Positions 44,437 to 53,750 of a stretch of DNA of 60,029 nt are shown in pieces; positions within the stretch are counted from its first letter, which is position 1, and each line of letters opens with the position of its first letter. Origin of the DNA: Candidatus Uhrbacteria bacterium CG_4_10_14_3_um_filter_41_21 (GTDB taxonomy: Bacteria; Patescibacteriota; Patescibacteriia; UBA9934); assembly GCA_002782865.1 (NCBI GenBank), contig PFJC01000022.1:1-60029 (forward strand), in the 5' to 3' direction. Below the pieces are notes generated by a model, which was not told the origin of the DNA, made no database searches, and was given only the letters and a program-made list of their open reading frames with translations. The position numbers and the translations under genes were made by a program.

Positions 44437-44811
44437 ATGAATAAAGCATTTATAGAAGAAATGGCGACTCGACTTCAGTCGGAGCGCGAAAGCCTAACAA
44501 AAGAGCTTTCCAGCTTTACTGTAAAAGACTCAAAAGCGAAAGTTGCTGACTACACCACTAAATTTGAAGAGTACGGCGACGACGAAGACGAAAATGCTAG
44601 CGAAGTAGCAGATTATAGTAATAAACTATCGCTGGAAAGCGCCCTTGAAAAAGAAGTCCGTGATATAGATAGCGCTATTATTAGAATCAAGGAAGGTAGC
44701 TACGGTATTTGTAAATATTGTAATACCGAGATTAATGAAGATCGTCTGAGAGCCAGGCCAACCTCTACTTCTTGCATTGCCTGCAAAAAAACCTTAACAC
44801 AGGAAGTATAA
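44437..44811 (+). CDS. DksA/TraR-family C4 zinc-finger protein
   Basis: Coiled-coil N-terminus and CKYCNTEINEDRLRARPTSTSCIACK. A TTGTAT-N17-TATAAT promoter lies at 44397-44425. Confidence 0.8.
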   Translation: MNKAFIEEMATRLQSERESLTKELSSFTVKDSKAKVADYTTKFEEYGDDEDENASEVADYSNKLSLESALEKEVRDIDSAIIRIKEGSYGICKYCNTEINEDRLRARPTSTSCIACKKTLTQEV

Positions 44812-45263
44812 TGACCCGAAAAAAAGCCAACATTTTGGCATTTTCCGCTGTCATGCTCGCAATTTTGGATGGATTTTTTAAATACTTGGTTATCAAACGA
44901 CTCTCAATAGATGAGGGTCGTTTGCGTTTTCCATTTGATATTTCCCTGCATAAAAATCCAGGTATTGCTTTTGATATCCCCATTCCAATGGGGATTATTA
45001 TCATAGCTACAATCGTTATCAGCCTTGCGCTAATTTCTTTTGCTATCAAATATTGGCAATCAAAGCCAGATATCAGTACTTATCTGATAATTATTCTGTC
45101 TGGTGCCTTGGGAAACATGTTTGACCGGATTATAAACGGATTTACTACTGATTATCTTATATTCTTTCAAACAAGCGCCATAAATATTTCAGATATCCTC
45201 ATAGTCACTGGCGCACTTTTAGTATTTTGGTATAATACAAAAAGAGACGGAAACTCTAATTAA
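44811..45263 (+). CDS. lspA: Lipoprotein signal peptidase (signal peptidase II)
   Basis: Contains LGNMFDRI, TDYL and NISD motifs. The ATG shares one nucleotide with the upstream stop (TAATG). Confidence 0.85.
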   Translation: MTRKKANILAFSAVMLAILDGFFKYLVIKRLSIDEGRLRFPFDISLHKNPGIAFDIPIPMGIIIIATIVISLALISFAIKYWQSKPDISTYLIIILSGALGNMFDRIINGFTTDYLIFFQTSAINISDILIVTGALLVFWYNTKRDGNSN

Positions 45264-45290
45264 TTTCACTCCCTATAACTATTTTGTTGT

Positions 45291-46823
45291 ATGGGATCTT
45301 TTTTTGTTTATTCCTCGGCCAATATTGGTCTTGAGGCTGTTCCAATTAAAATCGAGACTGATATTTCGCGAGGTTTATCAAAATTTTTAATGGTTGGGCT
45401 ACCCGACGCCGCTGTTTCTGAATCACGCGAGCGTGTTCGGGCGGCAATTAAAAATAGCGGATTTGAATTTCCAAGAACCAGAATAACAATCAATCTAGCG
45501 CCAGCTGATATTAAAAAACAGGGGCCGGCCTATGATCTGCCAATTGCAATCAGTATTCTGCTAGCTTCCGGGCTAATTAAAGACATCAAACAAACACATC
45601 AAATGGCTTTCTTGGGTGAATTAGCCCTGGACGGAAGTATAAGGCCGGTTGATGGAGCATTGCTCGCAGCGACAATGTGCAAAGAACAAAAAATTGGATC
45701 AATAATCGTTGCCAAAGAGAATGCTGCTGAGGCGTCGTTAGTTAAAGGCGTTGATGTCCATCCAATGTCATCTTTAACACAACTAGTCGATTGTCTTCTA
45801 GGACATTCAATTATGCCCACTTGCCCTCACACCGGTGAACCGAAATCTTTTAAGACTTACGGCGGAGACGACATGAGCCACATAAAAGGCCAAGAACACG
45901 CTAAAAGAGCTCTGAGCATTGCAGCCGCTGGTGGACATAATATATTAATGACAGGCCCACCCGGGTCTGGAAAAACAATGCTCGCTCGTGCCGTGCCTTC
46001 GATACTACCGCGGCTTACATTTCAAGAGTCACTCGATGTTACAAAAATTCATTCAATCGCCGGAATAAGAAGAAGTAAAAATGCCTTAATGAATAATCGA
46101 CCGTTTAGAACGCCACATCATACCAGCTCTGCCGTGGCATTAATTGGTGGCGGGTCTTGGCCTCGGCCGGGCGAAGTGTCGCTCGCTCATCATGGCGTTT
46201 TATTTCTTGATGAATTTCCGGAATTCTCTAGAAAGACTATTGAAAATCTTCGCCAACCACTGGAAGACGGAATTGTAACTATTTCCCGAGCGGCTGGCAC
46301 CTTACAATTCCCAGCGGATTTCATCTTAGTTGCCGCGATGAATCCCTGCCCGTGTGGTTATTTAAACGATCCTTGCAAACAATGCACCTGCACGCCAAAT
46401 CAAGTTATTAAATATCAGCAAAGAATTTCCGGTCCGCTAATGGACAGAATTGATTTAGCAGTCGAAGTGCCAAGAATTGATTTTGATAAATTAACCAGGA
46501 TATCTACTTCAGAAAATTCAGATTCGATTAGGTCTCGAGTGCAACTGGCGCGAAATGTTCAGATTAATCGCTACAAAGAAATAAATGTTATGCAAAATAG
46601 CCAGCTGCGATCAGCTGACCTGTCAAATTTCTGCCAGCTAAATGGTGAGTGTCTGAGTATTATGAAACAGGCCGTTGATAAATTATATTTGTCTGCCAGA
46701 GCCTACACTAGGGTCTTAAAAGTTGCCCGCACTATCGCTGATTTGGACGAAAAAAGCGACATCACCGTCGCTCATCTCGCCGAGGCCCTTCAATACAGAA
46801 TGGATACTCGCTCGTCTATCTAA
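45291..46823 (+). CDS. comM: Mg-chelatase-like AAA+ ATPase YifB/ComM
   Basis: Lon-like N-terminal domain, GPPGSGKTMLAR and the VLFLDEFPEF Walker B motif. Confidence 0.9.
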   Translation: MGSFFVYSSANIGLEAVPIKIETDISRGLSKFLMVGLPDAAVSESRERVRAAIKNSGFEFPRTRITINLAPADIKKQGPAYDLPIAISILLASGLIKDIKQTHQMAFLGELALDGSIRPVDGALLAATMCKEQKIGSIIVAKENAAEASLVKGVDVHPMSSLTQLVDCLLGHSIMPTCPHTGEPKSFKTYGGDDMSHIKGQEHAKRALSIAAAGGHNILMTGPPGSGKTMLARAVPSILPRLTFQESLDVTKIHSIAGIRRSKNALMNNRPFRTPHHTSSAVALIGGGSWPRPGEVSLAHHGVLFLDEFPEFSRKTIENLRQPLEDGIVTISRAAGTLQFPADFILVAAMNPCPCGYLNDPCKQCTCTPNQVIKYQQRISGPLMDRIDLAVEVPRIDFDKLTRISTSENSDSIRSRVQLARNVQINRYKEINVMQNSQLRSADLSNFCQLNGECLSIMKQAVDKLYLSARAYTRVLKVARTIADLDEKSDITVAHLAEALQYRMDTRSSI

Positions 46824-48123
46824 TATATTCAAGAGGATTTTTAGTGCTTCCATTAACCCGCAACTCAAAGTGAAGGTGAGTTCCGGTTGATCGCCCTGTT
46901 GTTCCGCAGCGACCGATTGGTTGCCCGGCATATACATAATCGCCCGGTGCCACATATAAAGAGGCGTGGTGTCCATATCTGGTTACAATTCCGTTGCCGT
47001 GGTTTATCTCAACTAAATAACCATAGCCGTTCATCCAACCAGCATAGGAAACATAACCGGCGTCAGCCGCATAGTTGTCATTATCGTATCCACAATCAAT
47101 ATCAAGTCCATTGTGGCTCCAACCATAGTATTGCGTTATCACATACATGTCCGTTGGCCAAACCATTGCGCCGCTGCTGGAAGCTGAGTCGGTTGAAATA
47201 CTTGTGGTTGTTGTTGGAGATGAAACTGAAGGCGGTGTGAATATCCGACCAATGGCACTGCTACTTGATGCTGACGCTATCTGCTTCTCCCCTCCGGGGA
47301 TTAATAGTTCGTCTCCTACTGCCAAGACATCACCAGTCGAGATCCCATTATAATCAGTAATTGTTTCCTGATCGATATCATATTTTTGAGAGATGCTCGA
47401 TATAGTATCCCCGCTCTTAACTGTGTGAGTAATACCATCAACTGGTAAAATCGCAAGCACATCCCCCGGTTGCAAAACTGAACGAACAGTTAAATTGTTT
47501 GCCCACAAAAGAGTATTAATTGAAATCCCGAAATTACTTGCGATGGAAGACAAAGTGTCTCCGCCCTGAACTGTATATTTCTCAACATTTGATCGTGCGG
47601 CCGTTGACGGTGTTTCGGTAGTCGTAGGAATCGAAACCAAGTGTCCGCCAATAAATGTTACTGATGCGTCTTTGGTGGCGATGTCGCTTATACCGTAGGC
47701 GAGCGACGAAAGCGTTCCTTGATTTTGATAGCTACTTCCGGTTAATTCGACTGCCGTTGTGTCTGAAGCATATTCCTCGATAATCTCGAGATTGTTTCCG
47801 GCTACTAATTCATAAAGCAGACTTCTTTCCCCAAATGATTCAGCTCGAACATCGGTTGTCTGAAAGTTAAGCGCAACCGTTGCCAAAACAATAATCGCCA
47901 TTATGGCATGCACCAAGTAACGGTTTGCAATAACAGCCATCATTTTGTTTTTAGCTGGCCGATAAATTCTTGATAAGTTGCGTCTGACAATTGAAAGTAA
48001 TCGATAGATCGGCAACAAAATTATAACCAGGACCATCAATATTTTCTTTAGTGGGGAAAAAATCTTTTTTAAAGTTTTTAAAAAATAAGGCTTGATTCTG
48101 ACAAAAAGGCGAATCACCTTCAA
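46816..48123 (-). CDS. Membrane-anchored LysM x2 + M23 peptidase
   Basis: Two LysM repeats (YTVQGGDTLSSIA, HTVKSGDTISSIS) and M23 motifs (NGLDID, HLHFELR). Confidence 0.85.
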   Translation of the reverse strand: MKVIRLFVRIKPYFLKTLKKIFSPLKKILMVLVIILLPIYRLLSIVRRNLSRIYRPAKNKMMAVIANRYLVHAIMAIIVLATVALNFQTTDVRAESFGERSLLYELVAGNNLEIIEEYASDTTAVELTGSSYQNQGTLSSLAYGISDIATKDASVTFIGGHLVSIPTTTETPSTAARSNVEKYTVQGGDTLSSIASNFGISINTLLWANNLTVRSVLQPGDVLAILPVDGITHTVKSGDTISSISQKYDIDQETITDYNGISTGDVLAVGDELLIPGGEKQIASASSSSAIGRIFTPPSVSSPTTTTSISTDSASSSGAMVWPTDMYVITQYYGWSHNGLDIDCGYDNDNYAADAGYVSYAGWMNGYGYLVEINHGNGIVTRYGHHASLYVAPGDYVYAGQPIGRCGTTGRSTGTHLHFELRVNGSTKNPLEYIR

Positions 48124-48274
48124 AGAAATTGAAACAAATATTTGCTTTGTCTTCTCTTTTATATGAGCTGATTATACTTTAATTACAAAAAACAATATAT
48201 CATTTTTTAGTCTGAAGGTCAATTGATTTTAGACAATAATTAGCTAATATTATACAAATAACAATAAATATCAA

Positions 48275-48304
48275 TTGACAACTAGCCCCTGACATTCGTA
48301 TGAT
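48275..48304 (+). promoter_or_regulatory. Native promoter of hppA (leaderless-like)
   Basis: TTGACA, 18-nt spacer, TATGAT. The ATG lies 9 nt after the -10 element and no SD is present. Confidence 0.6.
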
Positions 48305-48313
48305 GTCGACACT

Positions 48314-50305
48314 ATGAATGTAATAACACTTTCAGTGATTGTCGCATTAGCCGCAATCATCTACACCATCTTCTTGATCGTTTCGATCATGAAACTCCCT
48401 GCCGGTGAAGGGAAAATGAAAGGGATTGCGCTTGCTATCCAAGAAGGAGCAAACGCCTACCTGGCCCGTCAGTATCGCGTTATCGCAATTATCGGTGTCG
48501 TGATTTTCTTTTTACTCGGGTTCTTTCTTAATTGGACAACCGCCTTCGGGTTTGTTGTCGGAGCGGTCCTATCTGGACTGACCGGATACATCGGTATGAT
48601 GGTTTCGGTTCGCGCCAATGTTCGAACTGCCGAAGCCGCAAAAAATGGAATGGCTGCAGCTTTAAATGTTGCAGTTAAAGGTGGAACAGTCACCGGTCTT
48701 TTTGTAGTGGCCCTTGGCCTGCTTGGAATCTCCGGATTTTACTACCTTACCCATGACATCAGTGCCCTTATTGGTCTTGGGTTTGGAGGATCATTAATTT
48801 CAGTGTTCGCCAGACTTGGCGGAGGAATCTTTACCAAAGCTGCCGATGTTGGAGCTGACCTAGTTGGAAAAGTTGAGGCTGGAATTCCAGAAGATGATCC
48901 CCGCAACCCGGCTGTTATTGCTGACAATGTTGGTGACAATGTTGGTGACTGCGCTGGAATGGCTGCCGATCTTTATGAGACTTACGCAGTTTCAACAGTA
49001 GCTGCCATGCTTCTTGGCCTTCTAGTTTTTGGAGACATCGAAGCTATTATTACTTTTCCACTAGCAGTCGGAGCGGTGGCGATTATTGCTTCTATAGTTG
49101 GCGTCAACTTTATTAAACTTGGAAAAAGCCAGGCAATCATGCCAGCGCTTTACAAAGGATTGATTGTTGCTGGAGTATTATCAGCTGCAGCCTTTTATCC
49201 ATTAACAAACTGGATCTTAGGTGGCATAGAAGGAATCGACGCCATGTCAATTTACTGGTCACTGCTTGTTGGCCTTGCAGTAACAGCTCTCATGGTTGTA
49301 ATCACTGAATACTACACATCAATCGCCTACAAGCCGGTACAAAATGTTGCCAAAGCATCAGAAACCGGTCATGGAACAAATATTATTGCCGGGCTAGCGC
49401 TCTCAATGCGTTCAACTGCACTACCCGTACTTGTAATCGTGGCTGGACTTTTGACATCATATTGGCTAGCCGATATTTACGGGGCAGCTATGGCTGTTAT
49501 GAGTATGTTGTCACTTGCTGGGATTATTGTGACGCTAGACGCCTACGGACCAATCACAGATAACGCCGGTGGAATTGCTGAGATGGCAAATCTTCCAAAA
49601 GAGGTTCGTGATGTAACCGATCCGCTGGACGCTGTTGGAAACACAACCAAAGCAGTTACAAAAGGATATGCAATCGCTTCAGCCGCATTAGCTGCAACTG
49701 TGCTTTTTGCCGGCTACACCGGAGAGTTATCAAAACTTGGATACGAATTTTCATTCTCACTTGAAAACCCATATGTCGTGGCTGGATTATTGATTGGAGG
49801 TTTACTCCCATTCTTGTTCGCAGCTTTTGCTATGGAGGCTGTTGGAAAAGCAGCCGGAGCAGTTGTGCAAGAAGTGAGGCGTCAGTTCAAAGAGATTCCT
49901 GGAATTATGGACGGAACAGGTAAGCCGGAATACGGTGCGGCCGTTGATATCGTAACCAAGGCGGCTTTGAACCAAATGTTGATTCCTGCTCTTATTCCGA
50001 TCATCGCTCCAATCCTAGTCGGACTACTGCTTGGACCAGAAGCTCTTGGTGGACTTTTAATGGGATCGATTGTCACCGGACTCTTTTTGGCAATTTCAAT
50101 GACTACCGGTGGTGGAGCTTGGGACAACGCTAAGAAGTATATTGAGATGGGAAACTACGGTGGAAAAAAATCATTTGCCCATGATGCAGCCATAACCGGT
50201 GACACAGTTGGTGACCCCTACAAAGACACAGCCGGTCCTGCAATCAACCCAATGATTAAAATTTTGAACATTGTAGCACTTCTGATTATTGCCTTGATTG
50301 TTTAA
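48314..50305 (+). CDS. hppA: Membrane-bound proton/sodium-translocating pyrophosphatase
   Basis: Contains [19 protein letters not shown] and [11 protein letters not shown] signatures, with about 16 TM segments. Confidence 0.95.
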   Translation: MNVITLSVIVALAAIIYTIFLIVSIMKLPAGEGKMKGIALAIQEGANAYLARQYRVIAIIGVVIFFLLGFFLNWTTAFGFVVGAVLSGLTGYIGMMVSVRANVRTAEAAKNGMAAALNVAVKGGTVTGLFVVALGLLGISGFYYLTHDISALIGLGFGGSLISVFARLGGGIFTKAADVGADLVGKVEAGIPEDDPRNPAVIADNVGDNVGDCAGMAADLYETYAVSTVAAMLLGLLVFGDIEAIITFPLAVGAVAIIASIVGVNFIKLGKSQAIMPALYKGLIVAGVLSAAAFYPLTNWILGGIEGIDAMSIYWSLLVGLAVTALMVVITEYYTSIAYKPVQNVAKASETGHGTNIIAGLALSMRSTALPVLVIVAGLLTSYWLADIYGAAMAVMSMLSLAGIIVTLDAYGPITDNAGGIAEMANLPKEVRDVTDPLDAVGNTTKAVTKGYAIASAALAATVLFAGYTGELSKLGYEFSFSLENPYVVAGLLIGGLLPFLFAAFAMEAVGKAAGAVVQEVRRQFKEIPGIMDGTGKPEYGAAVDIVTKAALNQMLIPALIPIIAPILVGLLLGPEALGGLLMGSIVTGLFLAISMTTGGGAWDNAKKYIEMGNYGGKKSFAHDAAITGDTVGDPYKDTAGPAINPMIKILNIVALLIIALIV

Positions 50306-50314
50306 CCCCACATC

Positions 50315-50375
50315 AGCGCCCGGGTTACCACCGAAGTCGTAAATTCCCTTACGCGAAGGTGGTAACCCGGGCGCT
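50315..50375. repeat. GC-rich palindromic element, copy A (18-bp perfect arms)
   Basis: AGCGCCCGGGTTACCACC .. GGTGGTAACCCGGGCGCT. The arms are about 16/18 identical to the arms of the element at 58789-58844. Confidence 0.85.
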
Positions 50376-50417
50376 TTGCGTTATTTTAAATTTGAGAATT
50401 TTCAAAACACCAACCTT

Positions 50418-50449
50418 AACCATTATCTGACGATCGTCATTTAATGGTT
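50418..50449. repeat. 32-nt nested palindrome, copy 1
   Basis: AACCATTATCTGACGATCGTCATTTAATGGTT has outer arms AACCATTA/TAATGGTT and inner TGACGATCGTCA. It is about 27/32 identical to 52601-52631. Confidence 0.8.
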
Positions 50450-50530
50450 AGAGTTGAGGCCCAAGATACTGCCTCAGGCTTATTCGTATTCGATCGGTCT
50501 CCCCCGTAACTGGGGGGGGTTAAGAGGGCG

Positions 50531-50568
50531 TAAAAACAAAACAGCGCACCCCGGTGGAACGCGCTGTT
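50531..50568 (-). terminator. Intrinsic terminator of GC-rich cassette 7
   Basis: Reverse strand has AACAGCGC..GCGCTGTT followed by TTGTTTTTA, about 170 nt after the stop codon. Confidence 0.7.
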
Positions 50569-50740
50569 CCTAGGTGCGCTGTACGCGCTTAGGGCGTTGG
50601 CGTCGTGCCCCGCCAGTCGTTTTCTGGCTCATCCGACGCCCCAGCGGGAATCGGGAGCTGGGGTGACAATTCGTCTATGTAGACGATGGACTTACGGACT
50701 TGATCCTCGAAGCCCGCAGGAATGAATATCGAGCTACGAG

Positions 50741-50992
50741 TCATATCGCGTAGACCATCAGCCCGTCATCTTCCTCGGCACAGAAGCCGGGAATGGCGCC
50801 GATTAGGCACGGACGCACTGACCTATTCCCCGCATACAGTTCATTGATGCCGCCCTCGCAGAACATCCTGTCCTGCGACCAGACCTCGGTCTTTACACCA
50901 GAACAGACAGACATCATCTCTGCCCGTTGTTCCTGCATGTAACGACACCCTGCCAGCAGGCCGAGCACGAGCATCATCAGAAAACGTTTCAT
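50741..50992 (-). CDS. GC-rich cassette 7: small Cys-rich lipoprotein (83 aa)
   Basis: A GAGGG lies 5 nt upstream of the ATG. Lipobox signal peptide MKRFLMMLVLGLLAGC. Five further Cys residues. Confidence 0.55.
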   Translation of the reverse strand: MKRFLMMLVLGLLAGCRYMQEQRAEMMSVCSGVKTEVWSQDRMFCEGGINELYAGNRSVRPCLIGAIPGFCAEEDDGLMVYAI

Positions 50993-51044
50993 TTTTTCCC
51001 TCGATCTGGCAAACCGGCCAGTGCGGATGTCGTTGTGACAACAA

Positions 51045-51073
51045 TTTATATAATTATTTTACTGTTTTGTCAA
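51045..51073 (-). promoter_or_regulatory. Sigma70-type promoter of cassette 7
   Basis: Reverse strand has TTGACA, a 17-nt spacer and TATAAA. Confidence 0.55.
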
Positions 51074-51126
51074 TCCTAAACCTCTATTCCCTCTATCCTG
51101 CTATTATCTATTACCTCTACTAATCG

Positions 51127-51154
51127 TTGACAAATCCCCACATTTCGCTATACT
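51127..51154 (+). promoter_or_regulatory. Native promoter of tig
   Basis: TTGACA, 16-nt spacer, TATACT. It is flanked by inverted words CCTAAACCTCT (51073-51083) and AGAGGTTTAGA (about 51181-51191). Confidence 0.55.
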
Positions 51155-51253
51155 CCGCATGTTTTTGACTATTAGAAATTAGAGGTTTAGAGTAATAGAA
51201 CTCGACTTCTGAAAACTCTATTGGTCTAACAGTCTAATCTCTAAAATCTATCT

Positions 51254-52537
51254 ATGTCCTACATAATCGAAACAAAAGACAACAAAGTCACTTTTACAAT
51301 CACGGTCCCAGCCGAAGCTGTTACCAAGGCGATGAAACACGCCGCTAGGCACTTGGCCGAGCACACTGACATTCCGGGATTTCGTCCGGGTAAAGCTGAT
51401 TATGAAACCATCAAACAGCGGCTTGGTGAGATGCAAGTTCTGGAAGCGGCTACAGAAGATCTGATTCGCGCCGCCTTCACTGAAGCAATGTTGGCCGAAG
51501 ATTTAGACACAGTCGGACAACCGTTTTTCGATATGATCAAGTTGGCACCGGAAAATGAAATGATTTTTACTGCCGTAGTATCGCTAATGCCAAAAATCAA
51601 AAAACTAGCTGACTACGATAATTTAAAAGTTGAAAAAAATGATGTTGAACCAAGCAAGGAAATGATCCAGCGCGCCGGCAAAGATCTTACTCAAATGCAA
51701 ACTAAGGAAATCCGAGCCGCTAAAAAAACTGTTTTGAAAAAAGGTCACAAAGCTGTTGTTAATTTAACAATGAAAAAGGACGGTGTGGTACTAGAAGGCG
51801 GGGAAGGCCGAGACCACGGCATTTACACTGGCGAGGATTACTTTATTCCGGGATTTATCGATGAAATTTTAGGAATGAAAGAAGACGACAAACGAAACTT
51901 CACTTTAAAATTCCCAACTGAAAACTTTCAAAAGCATTTGGCAGGACAGGATATTGATTTTGATGTTGGGCTCAAGGAAATCTTTAAACTTGAAGCGCCG
52001 GAAATAAACGATGAGTTTGCCAAAACTTTGGGACTAAAAGACAAAGCCGATTTGGATGAAAAATTAAAAGAAAATCTACGAATTGAAAACGAAAAAGAAG
52101 AAGACTTGCGCCAAGACAGAGAAGTACTCGAGTTGATTGCTAAAAAATCTGACTTTGAGGAAATTCCAGATTTACTTGTAAACCAAGAAATTGAGCAAAT
52201 GATTACTGAGCTAAAGCACTCGCTTACCCAGCGCGGAATGGACTTTGATGAATATCTGAAACAAATCAAAAAAGGCTTGGCTGATCTTAAATTGGACATG
52301 GCCGAGGGCGCCCTGACACGAGTAAAAGTTGCTCTAGTTCTTAAAGAAGTTGCAAAAAAAGAAAGCGTAACAGTTGATGAAAAAGCAGCCGACGAAGCTC
52401 TTGATAAGCTGGCTGAAAATTACGAAGACAAAGAAACAAAGGAAAAAATTTATTCACCGCAGTACCGAGAATATTTGACCCACCAAATGAGAAATAGAAA
52501 GACGATTGATGTTTTGAAAGAGAAAATGGTTAAGTAA
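51254..52537 (+). CDS. tig: Trigger factor
   Basis: Ribosome-binding GFRPGK motif, an FKBP-like middle domain and a helical C-terminal domain. Confidence 0.9.
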   Translation: MSYIIETKDNKVTFTITVPAEAVTKAMKHAARHLAEHTDIPGFRPGKADYETIKQRLGEMQVLEAATEDLIRAAFTEAMLAEDLDTVGQPFFDMIKLAPENEMIFTAVVSLMPKIKKLADYDNLKVEKNDVEPSKEMIQRAGKDLTQMQTKEIRAAKKTVLKKGHKAVVNLTMKKDGVVLEGGEGRDHGIYTGEDYFIPGFIDEILGMKEDDKRNFTLKFPTENFQKHLAGQDIDFDVGLKEIFKLEAPEINDEFAKTLGLKDKADLDEKLKENLRIENEKEEDLRQDREVLELIAKKSDFEEIPDLLVNQEIEQMITELKHSLTQRGMDFDEYLKQIKKGLADLKLDMAEGALTRVKVALVLKEVAKKESVTVDEKAADEALDKLAENYEDKETKEKIYSPQYREYLTHQMRNRKTIDVLKEKMVK

Positions 52538-52570
52538 GGCCTTTAGCTTATAGCTGTTAGCTTTTAGCAA

Positions 52571-52600
52571 AATCACCCCGAATGCCGGGGTGATTTTTTT
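52571..52600 (+). terminator. Intrinsic terminator after tig
   Basis: AATCACCCC-GAATGCC-GGGGTGATT hairpin followed by TTTTTT. Confidence 0.85.
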
Positions 52601-52631
52601 AACCACTACCTGACTATCGTCATTTAATGGT
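52601..52631. repeat. 32-nt nested palindrome, copy 2
   Basis: AACCACTACCTGACTATCGTCATTTAATGGT. It is followed by a 12-bp hairpin (GAGCAACTTTTT..AAAAAGTTGCTC). Confidence 0.8.
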
Positions 52632-52698
52632 CGGCGTACAGAGCAACTTTTTTGCGATCGACAAAAAGTTGCTCGCCAAACTATAACTGTTTATCAAT

Positions 52699-52725
52699 CT
52701 ACTTCCTACCAACCTACTTCCTGAG
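52699..52725. repeat. Heptad-type repeat (CTACTTC CTACCAA CCTACTTCC), reverse complement of the GTWGGAR family
   Basis: Read directly. It belongs to the same word family as 29766-29793, 32591-32623 and 55821-55839. Confidence 0.6.
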
Positions 52726-52740
52726 ATACAATACCAATAT

Positions 52741-53586
52741 ATGAAAATCGGAGCCCATGTATCAGCTGCCGGTGGCTTGTGGAAAGCCGGGCCAAACGGA
52801 AAAAAATTAGGCTGTGAGGTTATTCAAATCTTCTCACGCCCCCCGCAAGGTGGTCAGCCAAAACCAATCACCCAAGCAGACGCCAAACAATTTAAAGACT
52901 CAATGAAAGAAAATGGCATTAAAGATGTTTATATTCACGCGCCTTATTTTATCAATCTTGCTTCAAGCAACAATCGCATTTATCACAGCTCAATTTCAGT
53001 TCTGCGAGGCGAACTTGAACGCGGGTCTGCCCTCGGCTGTAAAGCCATGATGTTTCATCCGGGTTCAGCCAAAGATGTTGGTCGAAAAAAGGGAATTGAA
53101 AAAGTTATCAAAGGTCTTGATGAAATAATGAAAGACTACAAAGGTTCTTGTCAGCTCTTAATTGAGATTTCCGCCGGCGCCGGCGAAGTAATGGGCGACA
53201 CTTTTGAAGAAATTTCGGCTTTTATCAAAGGCGCTAAACGCGGTCAGGATATCGGTGTCTGTTTTGATACTCAACACGCCTTTGCCAGTGGCTATGATAT
53301 GCGTACCAAAAAAGATTTTGACAAAATGATTAGAGATTTTGATAAAATTGTGGGGCTGAAAAAATTGGTGGCCATCCATACAAATGATTCCAAAGTAGCT
53401 CTTGGTGAGCACAAGGATCGACACGAGCATCTTGGCAAAGGAAAAATCGGTAAAGACACCTTTAAGTATCTCGTTGACCACCCAAAACTCAAAAATAAAG
53501 ATTTGATTTTGGAAACTCCATACGATTCTGAGCCTGATCCGCGGTTCAAAGACATCAAACTTCTCAAGAGTTTGAGAAAGGGGTAA
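52741..53586 (+). CDS. nfo: Endonuclease IV (deoxyribonuclease IV)
   Basis: Contains IGAHVS, FHPGS, HTNDSK and DRHEHLGKG metal-binding motifs. Confidence 0.9.
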   Translation: MKIGAHVSAAGGLWKAGPNGKKLGCEVIQIFSRPPQGGQPKPITQADAKQFKDSMKENGIKDVYIHAPYFINLASSNNRIYHSSISVLRGELERGSALGCKAMMFHPGSAKDVGRKKGIEKVIKGLDEIMKDYKGSCQLLIEISAGAGEVMGDTFEEISAFIKGAKRGQDIGVCFDTQHAFASGYDMRTKKDFDKMIRDFDKIVGLKKLVAIHTNDSKVALGEHKDRHEHLGKGKIGKDTFKYLVDHPKLKNKDLILETPYDSEPDPRFKDIKLLKSLRKG

Positions 53587-53630
53587 AATGGGTAATAAGA
53601 GTAACAGGAGCGAAAGGGGGAAACCCCTTT
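53581..53630. repeat. GGGTRA-rich dispersed repeat overlapping the nfo stop
   Basis: GGGTAAAATGGGTAATAAGAGTAACAGGAGCGAAAGGGGGAAACCCC. Confidence 0.7.
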
Positions 53631-53750
53631 TTAACTATCAATAACAACTTCTATAGTTATAGTTATTGTTAAAAAATTAATAGTTGCCGTCCTATTGATA
53701 TTATTGCCACAATCTGGGAAGACCCCTATAAACGCGAACACAATCAGCGC

